Source: Lingula anatina
Lineage: Eukaryota > Animalia > Brachiopoda
NCBI GenBank assembly: GCA_051362555.1
Contig: CM120648.1
Coordinates: forward strand, 14,876,587 to 14,940,586
Direction: 5' to 3'
Length of the DNA: 64,000 bases
The notes beneath the pieces are model-generated. The model was not told the origin of the DNA and made no database searches. It was given only the letters and a program-made list of their open reading frames with translations. The translations under genes and the position numbers were made by a program. Shown here piece after piece: positions 24,891 through 39,400 of the stretch; the stretch's first letter is position 1, and the number at the start of each line of letters is the position of its first letter.

Positions 24891-27800
24891 GAAGAAAAGA
24901 AAATCGGGAAGAAATGAGCGCACTTTTTTAAACTACATCTATTTCAACTTATGTACGTTTATTACAACAAAAACAAGCAATTGCACCATAAAGATGTATG
25001 CAAAAACCGAACAATGTTTTGTTTCTAGATAAAAAGCAATTTTCACAACTACTTGGCATATCGATATATAAATCAGGCTTATATAGAATTATCCATAGAT
25101 CAATGTGTGAGAGGGTCTATGCATTTTGAAAATCATCGCTCAATATCAATTGCTTTGGTTTAAAGTGTTCTAGAACACTAAAGTCGACATGATATTCTCA
25201 GGTTTTTGCCCAGAGTTAAAAAAGAAAGTTGAAGATTTGATGAGATATATTTTACAACTATCGTTCAAAGTTGACATTGGTATATTTGTATTATGTCTGG
25301 TCCAAAATTTCACCGAGTGACATTTTTATCCAAATCCAAAGGTGGTAACGATTTCGAAAATTCAAAATGCATATAATCTCATGTAAGCGTTTCCCCCGCA
25401 CGCCACAACTAACTATGTCGCCATGCTGATGATCACAAAAAACACCAAACAGCAGTCAAATACTATTTAGTTATGTAAATTTGATGAGCGCTTTTCTCAT
25501 AGAAAAATAAATATGTACCTCATATTTTGCGTCATCTTTTCTTATCTGTAAATATTAAAATCGAATTTTGGTGGCACAATATATAGAGAACGCTTAAATT
25601 TAAGCGTTGTGCGAACCAAGAACAGCATGAAGACATGATCAGTTTACAACCCTATCCCAGTCATAGCCATTTTGAATAATCAGATGTAAAGAAAATTGAA
25701 AAAGTTCCTTAAAATAACTAAACACATTTACTCAGAAAATGCTTATTAATTCAACGGTCTCCGGTGTTCAGTGATCAAGAAACATTCAACAACAATAACC
25801 CAACAGCACGTGCAGGACTGGCATCTAATCTTCCATTTTCTTCGCAATCACCCCTTGATTCCGACCGAAAAAATAGAATTTAGAAAGTATCAGGTACAAG
25901 TTCAACATTAAAAAAATCACCCACCTGCAAATTTTTGGTAAAATCTTTCGTCTTACCAATGAAAGTATTTTTCTGATAGTTTTCGTTTCTCATTTTTGAT
26001 TACGCAAACAAAAAGGATTTTTAGGCGATAATCCAGTAAGCTGACAATTAATTGACTAAAATAAAAGAAATACTAAGCCACAGTGTACCAAATATAAAAT
26101 TAGATATTTATGTTCATTTTACAAAAAAAAAATCTTTTTCGTGTTATTCCATACAGATTTGATTTCGTGTTTTTATAGAAATATATAGGCTACGGTCTAC
26201 AAAAGTTAAGCCCATTCTTTTAAAATGTTCATTACCCCCACCCCCCTTTTAAAAAAACATCTTCGCGACAACTGTAGTTCTCGATGCGAATTTGATAAGA
26301 ATATTTCAAAAATTCAAGTTGTACAAGGATGCGATAAATGCCAGTCCTACATGTAAATTTTAATTGACAAAAGATGCCAAAAGGAAACATTTTTCTACAA
26401 TTCACTTTTTTCTTTGTGAACATTAAACATTTCCGATTTGTGAAAGGTCGTAAAAACAAAAACATATTAAAGAAAAAAAAAAAAGCTACCCAGCCCATGG
26501 TCTGATTTTCTAAAAACAAACATAACCCCATCTCAGCAATAAAACTATGGGTCTATCACTGATCAGACGCACTACTAGTACATGTATATCAAAACACCTG
26601 GAACCAAAGGAAGTTTAATCTGACCGTGCGTCATAACTGCATGTTCACAATTTTAGAAAAACCGGCTTCAATACATGTGGGCAATTCTGCAATAACTTGA
26701 ACACATTTTACAATTTCCTATTGCTGTTTTTTCTCAACAGTCATAATTTGGATTACAACATTTACAGTTTACTGCAGATTAACCTTTCGTTCAGTTCTTC
26801 AAATGAACCCACAATAAAATATTCCTGTATGCATTATACGTTGTTGCGACATTTTTTTCCTTTTCAAAAGTTAACTTCATTAAATTAACATTTGTATCAA
26901 TTTAATGCGAATAAACATTTTCGAGTGCACAATAAAGTATCTTATTACATATTTGCCCACATATTTTACAGTCAAACATATAAAAACCGGTCGTACAGTG
27001 TACCAGCACAGTGCTCTACCTGGACATCACGTAGTGATAATTCTAAAACAAGTTTTATGATTTTTTCGTTTTTATACATATCTTCAGCAAGGAAATGTTT
27101 TCAACGACATTATTTCTGTTTAAGGAGCATTCAAATTTTTCGTTTCGGGCTTGAGAACTGGAGAGTATAAACAAAATTTATAAATAAATTACAATAAAAA
27201 CATCAAGTGTGGATAGAGAACCGTAGTACAACTTACAGGTAGTAACTTATCTTAAGTATCAAACCAGCGATATGCAGGGTTGACGCTTGAATTTAGTCCA
27301 CTTTTATCAGAAGTTTCATGAAAAAAAACACTCGTTACACACTGCACTTCATTTGCTGCACAATTTGATGCAGATTATAGCAACCCAAAGCAAACATTAC
27401 ATTTCAAACCAAATCAAATGTCAACCCTCCAAATTAACTATAAGACAAACTTCGGCACGCGAGACAATCTTGACATGTGTACGGGCACTGTCGAACACGA
27501 AGTTGGCGTCTTTGCTGAGGGCGAATCCAATCTCATGAACGGTAGTTAAGAGTCACTGGAATTAGACGAAAATAAATTAAACAAAATTCACGAGACAGTA
27601 TATAAGGATTCTATAAAGTAGAATATAACCATTGCAGCAATTCATTTCGGAATGCATGACGATATATAAATCAATTATATGAATAAATATATTAAACCAA
27701 CACATTCTATGCAACCACGAACTTAATTTACAGTGATATTAGTACTATTTTAGTTTACTCTAAAAACAGGAGACACTTGATTCTTTAAAAAAACAAAATG

Positions 27801-29339
27801 CTATGGTTAGGAATCAAAGGGCACCCAATAAAGAGCTGCGTATACAGTCACCTGCCTTGTCGTCTTGCTTTGTTTAAGATGGAATAACATGTCTCTGGAC
27901 AACTGGAATAATCGTCTTGCTTCTTTATTGGCAAATGAGTTCCCTCTGGAAAATAATAACAGAAAATAAGCTCTTTTACTTTAAGCCCATTCTGGACTTT
28001 TAGGAGAAATGGCGTTCACGTCATTTACATGTCCCCATGGTCAATACGACTTCAATGGAAAATGTACCGTTTTGGGAAAATGTCATCCACACATAATCAG
28101 AGGTGTAATCTTATATTATCTCTACGGTACTTACAACAGACTGCTGCAGTTTCAGTGCCAGAATTTCGGCCTACATGTGGAAATTGTAGCAGTGAGACTT
28201 CGTTCTTTTCCAACTGACCTTGGTCCTATCTGAATACATCTCAGCAAAGTGACGTGCTCACCTGGTTTACATAATAATGCACCACCCTCCGTACAGAGAC
28301 CTCGATTTAGGCATTGGTCTTTGTCATGTGATAGGGCACTATTATGGATTCCGATCCCGAGAAGGTAATTCGGGTCTGTAAAATGGCAAAAAAATCAGAT
28401 TTTATCAGCCATCATGCATGATATCAAGTTACTAGTGTCAGCTGTCATATTTCACCAGTAGAATGAATGAAACCAATAAAAATAAGTCGATGCGACTTTT
28501 ATCCAATCTAAAAAGTTACATCTCGCGGCGAATCCCTAGGTCAGATCTTATTTCCAAATGAATGAGGTTATTATCATAATCATTACCAGCACAACGCAGT
28601 TTGAACATTCAGAGTGACGTATATTGCTCAACTACTATAAATTGTTTACTATAGATTTGTGGAGCCGAAAAGTTTGTACATGTAAATATAACGATTTTTT
28701 AATGCCAACTGGTTTATTTTATTCGATGTTCAAATTACTGCATAAACACAGTAAGCACAACTAGAATAGAGGAGAATACTGTTTTATTATGGTGATAAGG
28801 GTATACCCCCGGACCTGTTATGGAACAATTTGTTAATAAGATAGCATGTTTCTCAAGGACAACACCTTATAATAAAATAGAAAATAACAATGACAATAAT
28901 AATAAAAGATGAACTATCAATTAAATAAATAATAATCATCGCATTTTCTTTTTTCGAAAGCTCGCACCAATTTTTAACGCATCGCTGTTAGTCTGTCTCA
29001 AGCACATGTTTCGTGATACGTGGTTGTTCAATGGACAACACTCTGCTCCAGTTTTGTACCGTGTTCAACCATCTACAGTGCTGACTTGGTAGCCGTCCGG
29101 GTCTGTGGACTCGTCAGTAACAAATCGCTTTATTTTGAGTGCTTTCACTGATGAGGATCCACAGACTCCCGAAGCATACTACAGTAGTCCGGACGTAAAG
29201 TATAAAAAAGCGCTTTTTCTTAGGCTGATAATCCAAGTACTAGTGTTTTATAAGAGTGAATCCTTGATTTTATTAAATATTCCAAGCGCAAATCCACTGC
29301 TTTTTGTTAATGGTTCGGCGTGTAATGCTAAATTGCCAG

Positions 29340-29566
29340 TGTAGTGAAGCGAAATGTGGTGCCGACCCTCCCCCCCCCCCCCCCCCCCCCCAAACTTGGG
29401 AGTGGGGTTCGTGATCCGAAGAGGGCCCCGAAAATTTTTACTTTAGAGGGCAAACTGTGCCATTTGGTACGGTTTAAACTTGTCAAAAATCTAATTTCAA
29501 GAGGGGACCAGAAATCGAAGGGGGGGGGGGGTCAGGACCCCCAGACCCCCTATAAATCCGTCATTG
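29340..29566. mobile_element. MITE-like remnant with poly-C/poly-G tracts
   Basis: C-run near 29369 and G-run near 29520; ends ...GACCCCCTATAAATCCGTCATTG, resembling CAGTGGCGGATT-type TIRs; left TIR not found. Confidence 0.4.
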
Positions 29567-30239
29567 AATGTTGATAAGCACACCCAGCCGTTTGCCGATT
29601 TAAGTTTTCAGGTTTTTATGCTTAACTTTATCAGTTAAACTGTCCATCACATAACTTAAAAACTGATTGGTTATTTCATGCACAAGTCCACCCTCTTCCT
29701 GGTGGGCACTCCCAATAACACCCTGTAATCAACCTCTAACAGATTACTGGCTTCGGAATAAAGGACGTTAAAATTTGAACTGCAAGGTGTGAAGCATTAT
29801 CTGAACAACTTGTACAACTTGGCTTCCCATGTATGAATTTTATCAAACAATGGCTTCCTCTGACTGAGTTAATACAACATCATGTATGAAAGTTTTAAAA
29901 GTACTAATTACACTTTTTTCTATACTATGGTTCCTGACACACAGATGAGTCTAACATGCCTTGTAACTGTCCCTCTGAGTGTGACATTAGGGTAATATAA
30001 TCGGCAATCACTAGCAGAGCAGATTTTGATCAACCAGTTTAACTCCTAGGTTTCCTGATTGCCCTCAGTCTCAGAATTCATTTCAGTCTCAGTAACAGAA
30101 TAAGTACTATCGTTGTCACATTCTAAAGCAACTCCCATCCGAAATGATAGAAGTGGTGGCGCCGTTGTATAATGCTCTTGTATGGAATCAAATGTACAGA
30201 CAAAAAGCAGAAAATAAGGTACAAAATAGGCTACTGGCA

Positions 30240-30990
30240 AGTTTGATGCAATATTACATTATGCTTAACTGTAAAGTCAACATCAAATTTTAATTATGCA
30301 CAACAGGTAATACCAATGTAAGTAAAATGTGTAACAAGCATAAGGCTCCAGGCCCAAGAGAAAAATAAAAGTTTCACAAAAAATTGCATTAGTTTAAAGA
30401 GTATAATCCAACAGAGCTGGCTTTTTAATTTGAGCTGTATGTCAATCCTAAGAATCATTCTTGTAAGTTTAAATATTATAAGTAACACAATTTTCTTTTC
30501 ATAACGTTTGTGGCGGCAGTGCACCAAGCTGATGATTAACAATTGAATTACCACCAATTTTTAATTATCTACTACAAATAACATGGACATTTAGAAAATT
30601 TGATTACCTCTGAGCTTCATGAAAATGCCAATTTGTGAAAAATTAAAACTTCACAAAAATGATTAACTTCCAGAAAAAAGGCAATTAGACTGCTTTTCCA
30701 ACTCCGGCTGCATTTCAGTCCTGTGTTTCTGCTGTGCGAATTTGAAAATCATAAATGAAATGTTTTTTTCCTTTATAATGGTCATTATGGCGGCAGTGTC
30801 CAAAATAGGATTTTCTTTACTTTTGATGCAATATTACATGATGCTTAACAGCATAATGACCATCAGTTTTTAATAATAAAATATAAGTATCATGGATATT
30901 CAGAAAATGTGACTAGCAAAAGTCTTCAAGCCTATGGAGGATTGAAGTCACCTTAAAAATGCCAAAAATGTGAAAAATTAAAATTTCACA
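30240..30990. repeat. Old degenerate ~290-bp tandem repeat, about 3 copies
   Basis: TTTGATGCAATATTACAT.ATGCTTAAC (30242, 30822); TGGCGGCAGTG (30511, 30788); TGTGAAAAATTAAAA.TTCACA (~30634, ~30969). Confidence 0.65.
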
Positions 30991-31411
30991 CACACTGTAT
31001 ATATTTGATAATCTAAAAGACCACGAATCCCAAGAAATGCCAGGAATTGACAAATTTCAGAATTCATGAGGATTTATGAGATTTTGCAAATTTTCTGGCC
31101 TAATTTGACACACTCTACGATTCAGTTACAATATAGGTACGATAGTGTTACGAATATTCGTGGGATTCGGCTGGAATTGCAAGAATATTGTCAAGAATTC
31201 ACTACAATTTTTTGGAATCAGGAGTTTGTGGCCAAAATTTTGAACACCTCAAAATTTTGGCCACGAAATTCCCAATTGATCAAGAATTGCAAGAACTGAC
31301 TACGATTAAATACGAATCTGTTAAGAACTTCACAAACTGATTACGATTCAACCATAAATCCTGAAATTTGTCAATTCCTGGCGATTCCTGGTCTGTGTGA
31401 AATAGGGGCAT
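30983..31411. mobile_element. Foldback MITE (Harbinger-like), left end damaged
   Basis: Perfect 22-bp inverted repeat GCCAGGAATTGACAAATTTCAG (31039-31060 / 31361-31382); right end GTGTGAAATAGGGGCATA; central hairpin GTGGCCAAAATTTTGA...TCAAAATTTTGGCCAC. Confidence 0.75.
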
Positions 31412-31688
31412 AAGACACATCTGTGTCTGTACATAAAAAGTTACGGGAAAGGTCCTGTTATACATGTATCAAGTGACTTCAGTTTTTATATTTGAATTTT
31501 TCGATGATTGTCTTTAAGCAAACCCGTTTGATTAACAGTATAATTACAGCACTCTTGGGGACACAAAGTCACCTGGACTAGGAAACTAATACTATACGTG
31601 TACTTTCTTTATGTTATTTTCAAAAAAGTGCTGAAAGACACAAAATGGTTAGAATTTCTTTTATTCCAACTGAAATGCACCCCCCCCC

Positions 31689-31744
31689 AAAAAAAAAAAA
31701 AATAAATAAATAAATAAATAAATAAAATAAAATAAAAATAAATA
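31689..31744. repeat. poly-A / (AAAT)n / (AAAAT)n tract
   Basis: Direct reading. Confidence 0.9.
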
Positions 31745-32539
31745 GTAACAAAACCAATATTCTTTTTTTATTAATCAATGTGTTCATATTGGTAATATAT
31801 CCATTACATACAGTTAAATAATGAAGACTATTATTTTTCAAATATTTATCTTGCAAAGCTACAATTATGATACATAAACGATGATTCTAAGAAAGACATA
31901 AAAGTCATCAAAACATCTAAAATAAATTTTCAAGAACTATGTTAAAATTGAAATCAATAAATATATGTGAAAAAATCGAACATTTCCTTAAAAGATTACA
32001 GGTACATAATAACAAAAACTACGTCTTAAGCCCTTTTAAATGTAATTTTCAATGAATCAAAGAAACAGTATTTATATAAATTAGAATAATACATTTCGTA
32101 CATGTACACATGTTCGCATGTAAATTCATCTGCACTGTGTTCATACTTTATAAAGAAAATATAGTTTCAAACAGCTGAGGCTTGAGGCTGCTGCCATTAA
32201 AAGTGTACCCTCTCTCTAACTGCTGTATGTGATGAGTGCACTGTTAAGTACTTTCCTTGCCAGTAACTCTAGTGAAACTAAAGACACAACTATCATTCCC
32301 ACTTAGACTGAGCTGTTGAAGAAATAGTCAATGTTCTCTTTTAAAACATTGCATTACCTTGATGGGTTGATGTGAGTAAATATGTAAAACGTAACAGTCA
32401 GTGTATAAGTGACTTATTAGTGGTGAAAAACTGGGATAATTTCATTTATTTGGCACCCTTCAATACCAGTTTGTATGCATGTGTTGTGGATATCAGTGTT
32501 ATTGACTACCCAGGTTCTACATGATATTGCTATTCACTG

Positions 32540-33400
32540 CAGAATTTACAGTTAAAAGAGACTGGGATAACTTTATCAGTTGACTGTGTCTAATGACTGT
32601 GTCTAATGAATTTGTATTTTTGGACAATAAATTTGATAAAAACTTTAAATTACTTTGAAAAACCATAGCTTAAAAAAGTAAGGCGTTAATATTTTAGACA
32701 AATCTACTCCAATGTTTGTGAAATTTGTACAAATGAGGCTTACAAACAAAAAAATCTGTGATGAGTTTATCAGCTGACTGTGATTAATCAAAATGTATTT
32801 TTTTAACAGGCAAAATCCCCAGATTTACACAGTTGGACGTTAATAACTCTGTGAAATGAACTTCGATGTTACTTGGACTTGGATGATTGTGAAACTTACA
32901 ACTGTAGCTTGACAAACGAAATAATCTGAAATAAGCTCTTCAGCTGCCTGTGTGTAATTTAAAGTATTTTTTTCTGACAATACATTAAAAGAAACTGAAA
33001 ATTACATTGAAAACACATTGAAAATTCAAAAGCTTAAAACAGTTAAACATTAATAATTTTGACAAATCTGTTCCAGTGTTTGTGAAATTTGAATAAATGA
33101 AGCTTAAAAACATGAAAATCTGATATAATATTATCAGTAGACTGTGTGTAATGAAAGTGATTTTTCAGACAATATATTTGAGAAAACTAAAAATTACGTT
33201 AAAAAGACTGACAATTTTCATGGATAAAAACAGTTGAATGTGATAATTTTGATAAATCTACTCCAATTTTCGTGAAATATGGTAATAATTTAAGTAAAGT
33301 CTGCCTGAGTCTAATGAAAGGGATTTTTCAGACAATATATTGAAGAAAACTGAAAATAATGTTGAAAACAACAGCAAATTCCATTGATTAAAATAATTAA
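32540..33400. repeat. Degenerate edge copies of the ~191-bp satellite
   Basis: Recurrent TTATCAG.TGACTGTGT.TAATGAA, GACAAATCT and TTTGTGAAATTTG motifs, with identity rising toward the array. Confidence 0.8.
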
Positions 33401-36400
33401 ATGTCAATAATTTTGACAAATGTGGTCTAATATTTGTAAAATTTGTACAAATGATGCTTAACAACTGTAAAAATCTGAGAAAAGATTATCAGTTGCCTGA
33501 GTCTAATGAAACGGATTTTTTCACACAATATATCTGAGAAAACTGAAAATTACATTGAAATCAATGGCAAGTTATATGGCTTAAAATAGTTAAACATTAA
33601 TAATTTTGACAAAACTGGTCCAATCTTTGTGAAATTTGTGTAAATGATGCTTTACAACAATAAAAATATGAGAAAAATTTATCACGCCCTGTGTCTAATT
33701 TAAGTGTATTTTATTGCCAATTCATATCAGAAGAGTGAGAATTTACGAAAACAAATATTTCAATATTCCAATAAATCATTTTATCTCAAATAAAACATCA
33801 AATGTGATGACTTGTGTTTGTTTGTGTAGAAAGTGGCAAATTACCTATTATTGTCTTCTGACATACAACATATACCCATTCAAGACTTCTCCTTACTACC
33901 AATACAAGATGCCGATTCCTCCTTACAGTGGGTTTCTGGAATCGGTCCGTTAGCACACCATTTGACCATGTCCTAAATCTTCCCACATATTATGTATTGT
34001 ACACATGAATGAGACATAGCACTGCTCTTGATGTTGTCTCTCAATGCCTGTTTTTTTCTTAGCCATGAAGAGACAGAAAGAGTCTGCCAACCAAGAAGCC
34101 ACAAGGCTGCAATATGGAAGGTTTACCTGGAAAAAGGGCAAATTACATGGAATAAAATAGTTAAATGTTAATTATTTTGACAAATATGGTCTAATGTTTG
34201 TGAAATTTGTACAAATGATGCCTAATAACAATAAAAATCTGACATAAGCTTATCAATTGACTGTGTGTAATGAAAACTACTTTTCGGACAATATACTGAA
34301 GAAAACCGATAATAATGTGAAAACAAAGGCAAATTTCAAGGATTAAAATAGTTAAATGTTAATAATTTTGACAAATGTGGTCTAATGTTTCTGAAATTTG
34401 TACATATGATGCCTAATAACAATAAAAATCTGACATAAGCTTATCAATTGACTGTGTGTAATGAAAACTATTTTTCGGACAATATACTTAAGAAAACCGA
34501 AAATAACGTTGAAAACAGAGGCAAATTTCAAGGATTAAAATAGTTAAATGTTAATAATTTTGACAAATGTGGTCTAATATTTGTGAAATTTGTACAAATG
34601 ATGCTTGACAACTGTAAAAATCTGAGATAAGATTATCAGTTGCCCGAGTCTAATGAAACAGATTTTTTCACACAATATATTTGAGAAAACTGAAAATTAC
34701 ATTGAAATCAATGGCAAGTTATTTGGCTTAAAATAGTTAAACATTAATAATTGTGACAAAACTGGTCCAATCTTTGTGAAATTTGTGTAAATGATGCTTT
34801 ACAACAATAAAAATCTGAGAAAAGCTTATCACCTCACTGTGTCTAATTTAAGTGTATTTTATTGCCAATTCATATCAGAAGAGTGAGAATTTACGAAAAC
34901 AAATATTTCAATATTCCAATAAATCATTTTATCTCAAATAAAACATCAAATGTGATGACTTGTGTTTGTTTGTGTAGGAAGTGGCAAATTACCTATTATT
35001 GTCTTCTGAAAAACAACATATACCCATTCAAGACTTCTCCTTACTACCAATACAAGATGCCGATTCCTCCTTACAGTGGGTTTCTGGAATCGGTCCGTTA
35101 GCACACCATTTGACCATGTCCTAAATCTCCCCACATATTATGTATTGTACACATGAATGAGACATAGCACTGCTCTTGATGTTGTCTCTCAATGCCTGTT
35201 TTTTTCTTAGCCATAAAGAGACAGAAAGAGTCTGCCAACCAAGAAGCCACAAGGCTGCAATATGGAAGGTTTACCTGGAAAAAGGGCAAATTACATGGAA
35301 TAAAATAGTTAAATGTTAATAATTTTGACAAATGTAGTCTAATATTTGTGAAATTTGTACAAATGATGCTTAACAACTGTAAAAATCTGAGACAAGATTA
35401 TCAGTTGCATGAGTCTAATGAAACAGATTTTTTCACACAATATATCTGAGAAAACTGAAAATTACATTGAAATCAATGGCAAGTTATATGGCTTAAAATA
35501 ATTAAACATTAATAATTGTGACAAAACTGGTCCAATCTTTGTGAAATTTGTGTAAATGATGCTTTACAACAATAAAAATATGAGAAAAGCTTATCACGCC
35601 CTGTGTCTATTTTAAGTTTTTTTTATTGCCAATTCATATCAGAAGAGAGAGAATTTATGAAAACAAATATTTCAATATTCCAATAAATCATTTTATCTCA
35701 AATAAAACATCAATTGTGATGACTTGTGTTTGTTTGTGTAGAAAGTGGCAAATTACCTATTATTGTCTTCTGAAAAACAACATATACCCATTCAAGACTT
35801 CTCCTTACTACCAATACAAGATGCCGATTCCTCCTTACAGTGAGTTTCTGGAATCGGTCCGTTAGCACACCATTTGACCATGTCCTAAATCTTCCCACAT
35901 ATTATGTATTGTACACATGGATGAGACATAGCGCTGCTCTTGATGTTGTCTTTCAATTCCTGTTTTTTTCTTAGCCATGAAGAGACAGGAAGAGTCTGCC
36001 TACCAAGAAGCCACAAGGCTGCAATATGGAAGGTTTACCTGGAAAAAGGGCAAATTTCATGGAATAAAATAGTTGAATGTTAATAATTTTGACAAATGTG
36101 GTCAAATGTTTGTGAAATTTGTACAAATGATGCTTAACAACTGTAAAAATCTGAGATAAGATTATCAGTTGCCTGAGTCTAATGAAACAGATTTTTTCAC
36201 ACAATATATTTCAGAAAACTGAAAATTACATTGAAATCAATGACAATTTATATGCCTTAAAATAGTTAAACATTAATAATTTTGACAAAACTGGTCCAAT
36301 CTTTGTGAAATTTGTGTAAATGATGCTTTACAACAATAAAAATCTGAGAAAAGCTTATCACCTCACTGTGTCTAATTTAAGTGTATTTTATTGCCAATTC

Positions 36401-39400
36401 ATATCAGAAGAGTGAGAATTTACGAAAACAAATATTTCAATATTCCAATAAATCATTTTATCTCAAATAAAACATCAAATGTGATGACTTGTGTTTGTTT
36501 GTGTAGGAAGTGGCAAATTACCTATTATTGTCTTCTGAAAAACAACATATACCCATTCAAGACTTCTCCTTACTACCAATACAAGATGCCGATTCCTCCT
36601 TACAGTGGGTTTCTGGAATCGGTCCGTTAGCACACCATTTGACCATGTCCTAAATCTTCCCACATATTATGTATTGTACACATGGATGAGACATAGCACT
36701 GCTCTTGATGTTGTCTCTCAATGCCTGTTTTTTTCTTAGCCATGAAGAGACAGAAAGAGTCTGCCAACCAAGAAGCCACAAGGCTGCAATATGGAAGGTT
36801 TACCTGGAAAAAGGGCAAATTACATGGAATAAAATAGTTAAATGTTAATTATTTTGACAAATGTGGTCTAATGTTTGTGAAATTTGTATAAATGATGCCT
36901 AATAACAATAAAAATCTGACATAAGCTTATCAATTGACTGTGTGTAATGAAAACTATTTTTCGGACAATATACTGAAGAAAACCGAAAATAACGTTGAAA
37001 ACAGAGGCAAATTTCAAGGATTAAAATAGTTAAATGTTAATAATTTTGACAAATGTAGTCTAATATTTGTGAAATTTGTACAAATGATGCTTAACAACTG
37101 TAAAAATCTGAGATAAGATTATCAGTTGCCTGAGTCTAATGAAACAGATTTTTTCACACAATATATTGAAGAAAACTGAAAATTACATTGAAATCAATGA
37201 CAATTTATATGCCTTAAAATAGTTAAACATTAATAATTTTGACAAAACTGGTCCAATCTTTGTGAAATTTGTGTAAATGATGCTTTACAACAATAAAAAT
37301 ATGAGAAAAGCTTATCACGCCCTGTGTCTATTTCAAGTTTTTTTTATTGCCAATTCATATCAGAAGAGAGAGAATTTATGAAAACAAATATTTCAATATT
37401 CCAATAAATCATTTTATCTCAAATAAAACATCAAATGTGATGACTTGTGTTTGTTTGTGTAGAAAGTGGCAAATTACCTATTATTGTCTTCTGAAAAACA
37501 ACATATACCCATTCAAGACTTCTCCTTACTACCAATACAAGATGCCGATTCCTCCTTACAGTGGGTTTCTGGAATCGGTCCGTTAGCACACCATTTGACC
37601 ATGTCCTAAATCTTCCCACATATTATGTATTGTACACATGGATGAGACATAGTGCTGCTCTTGATGTTGTCTCTCAATGCCTGTTTTTTTCTTAGCCATG
37701 AAGAGACATGAAGAGCCTGCCAACCAAGAAGCCACAAGGCTGCAATATGGAAGGTTTACCTGGAAAAAGGGCAAATTTCATGGAATAAAATAGTTAAATG
37801 TTATTAATTTTGACAAATATGGTCTAATGTTTCTGAAATTTGTATAAATGATGCCTAATAACAATAAAAATCTGACATAAGCTTATCAATTGACTGTGTG
37901 TAATGAAAACTATTTTTCGGACAATATACTTTAGAAAACCGAAAATAACGTTGAAAACAGAGGCAAATCTCAAGGATTAAAATAGTTAAATGTTAATAAT
38001 TTTGACAAATGTGGTCTAATATTTGTGAGATTTGTACAAATGATGCTTGACAACTGTGAAAATCTGAGATAAGATTATCAGTTGCCTGAGTCTAATGAAA
38101 CGGATTTTTTCACACAATATATTTGAGAAAACTGAAAATTACATTGAAATCAATGGCAAGTTATTTGGCTTAAAATAGTTAAACATTAATAATTGTGACA
38201 AAACTGGTCCAATCTTTGTGAAATTTGTGTAAATGATGCTTTACAACAATAAAAATCTGAGAAAAGCTTATCACCTTACTGTGTCTAATTTAAGTGTATT
38301 TTATTGCCAATTCATATCAGAAGAGTGAGAATTTACGAAAACAAATATTTGAATATTCCAATAAATCATTTTATCTCAAATAAAACATCAATTGTGATGA
38401 CTTGTGTTTGTTTGTGTAGGAAGTGGCAAATTACCTATTATTGTCTTCTGAAAAACAACATATACCCATTCAAGACTTCTCCTTACTACCAATACAAGAT
38501 GCCGATTCCTCCTTACAGTGAGTTTCTGGAATCGGTCCGTTAGCACACCATTTGACCATGTCCTAAATCTTCCCACATATTATGTATTGTACACATGGAT
38601 GAGACATAGCGCTGCTCTTGATGTTGTCTTTCAATTCCTGTTTTTTTTCTTAGCCATGAAGAGACAGGAAGAGTCTGCCTACCAAGAAGCCACAAGGCTG
38701 CAATATGGAAGGTTTACCTGGAAAAAGGGCAAATTTCATGGAATAAAATAGTTAAATGTTAATAATTTTGACAAATGTGGTCAAATGTTTGTGAAATTTG
38801 TACAAATGATGCTTAACAACTGTAAAAATCTGAGATAAGATTATCAGTTGCCTGAGTCTAATGAAACAGATTTTTTCACACAATATATTGAAGAAAACTG
38901 AAAATTACATTGAAATCAATGACAATTTATATGCCTTAAAATAGTTAAACATTAATAATTTTGACAAAACTGGTCCAATCTTTGTGAAATTTGTGTAAAT
39001 GATGCTTTACAACAATAAAAATATGAGAAAAGCTTATCACGCCCTGTGTCTATTTTAAGTTTTTTTTATTGCCAATTCATATCAGAAGAGAGAGAATTTA
39101 TGAAAACAAATATTTCAATATTCCAATAAATCATTTTATCTCAAATAAAACATCAAATGTGATGACTTGTGTTTGTTTGTGTAGAAAGTGGCAAATTACC
39201 TATTATTGTCTTCTGAAAAACAACATATACCCATTCAAGACTTCTCCTTACTACCAATACAAGATGCCGATTCCTCCTTACAGTGGGTTTCTGGAATCGG
39301 TCCGTTAGCACACCATTTGACCATGTCCTAAATCTTCCCACATATTATGTATTGTACACATGGATGAGACATAGCACTGCTCTTGATGTTGTCTCTCAAT

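Noticed and set aside
29344-29574. Poly-Pro/Gly ORF
   Set aside because: Arises from the C and G homopolymers of a MITE-like remnant.
33804-33861. Box C (GTGATGA) and box D (CTGA) in each core, suggesting a tandem snoRNA array
   Set aside because: Only ~58 nt long; no terminal stem in the K-turn register (the bases after CTGA vary CATAC/AAAAC); no recognisable guide; box C is mutated in copy 23.
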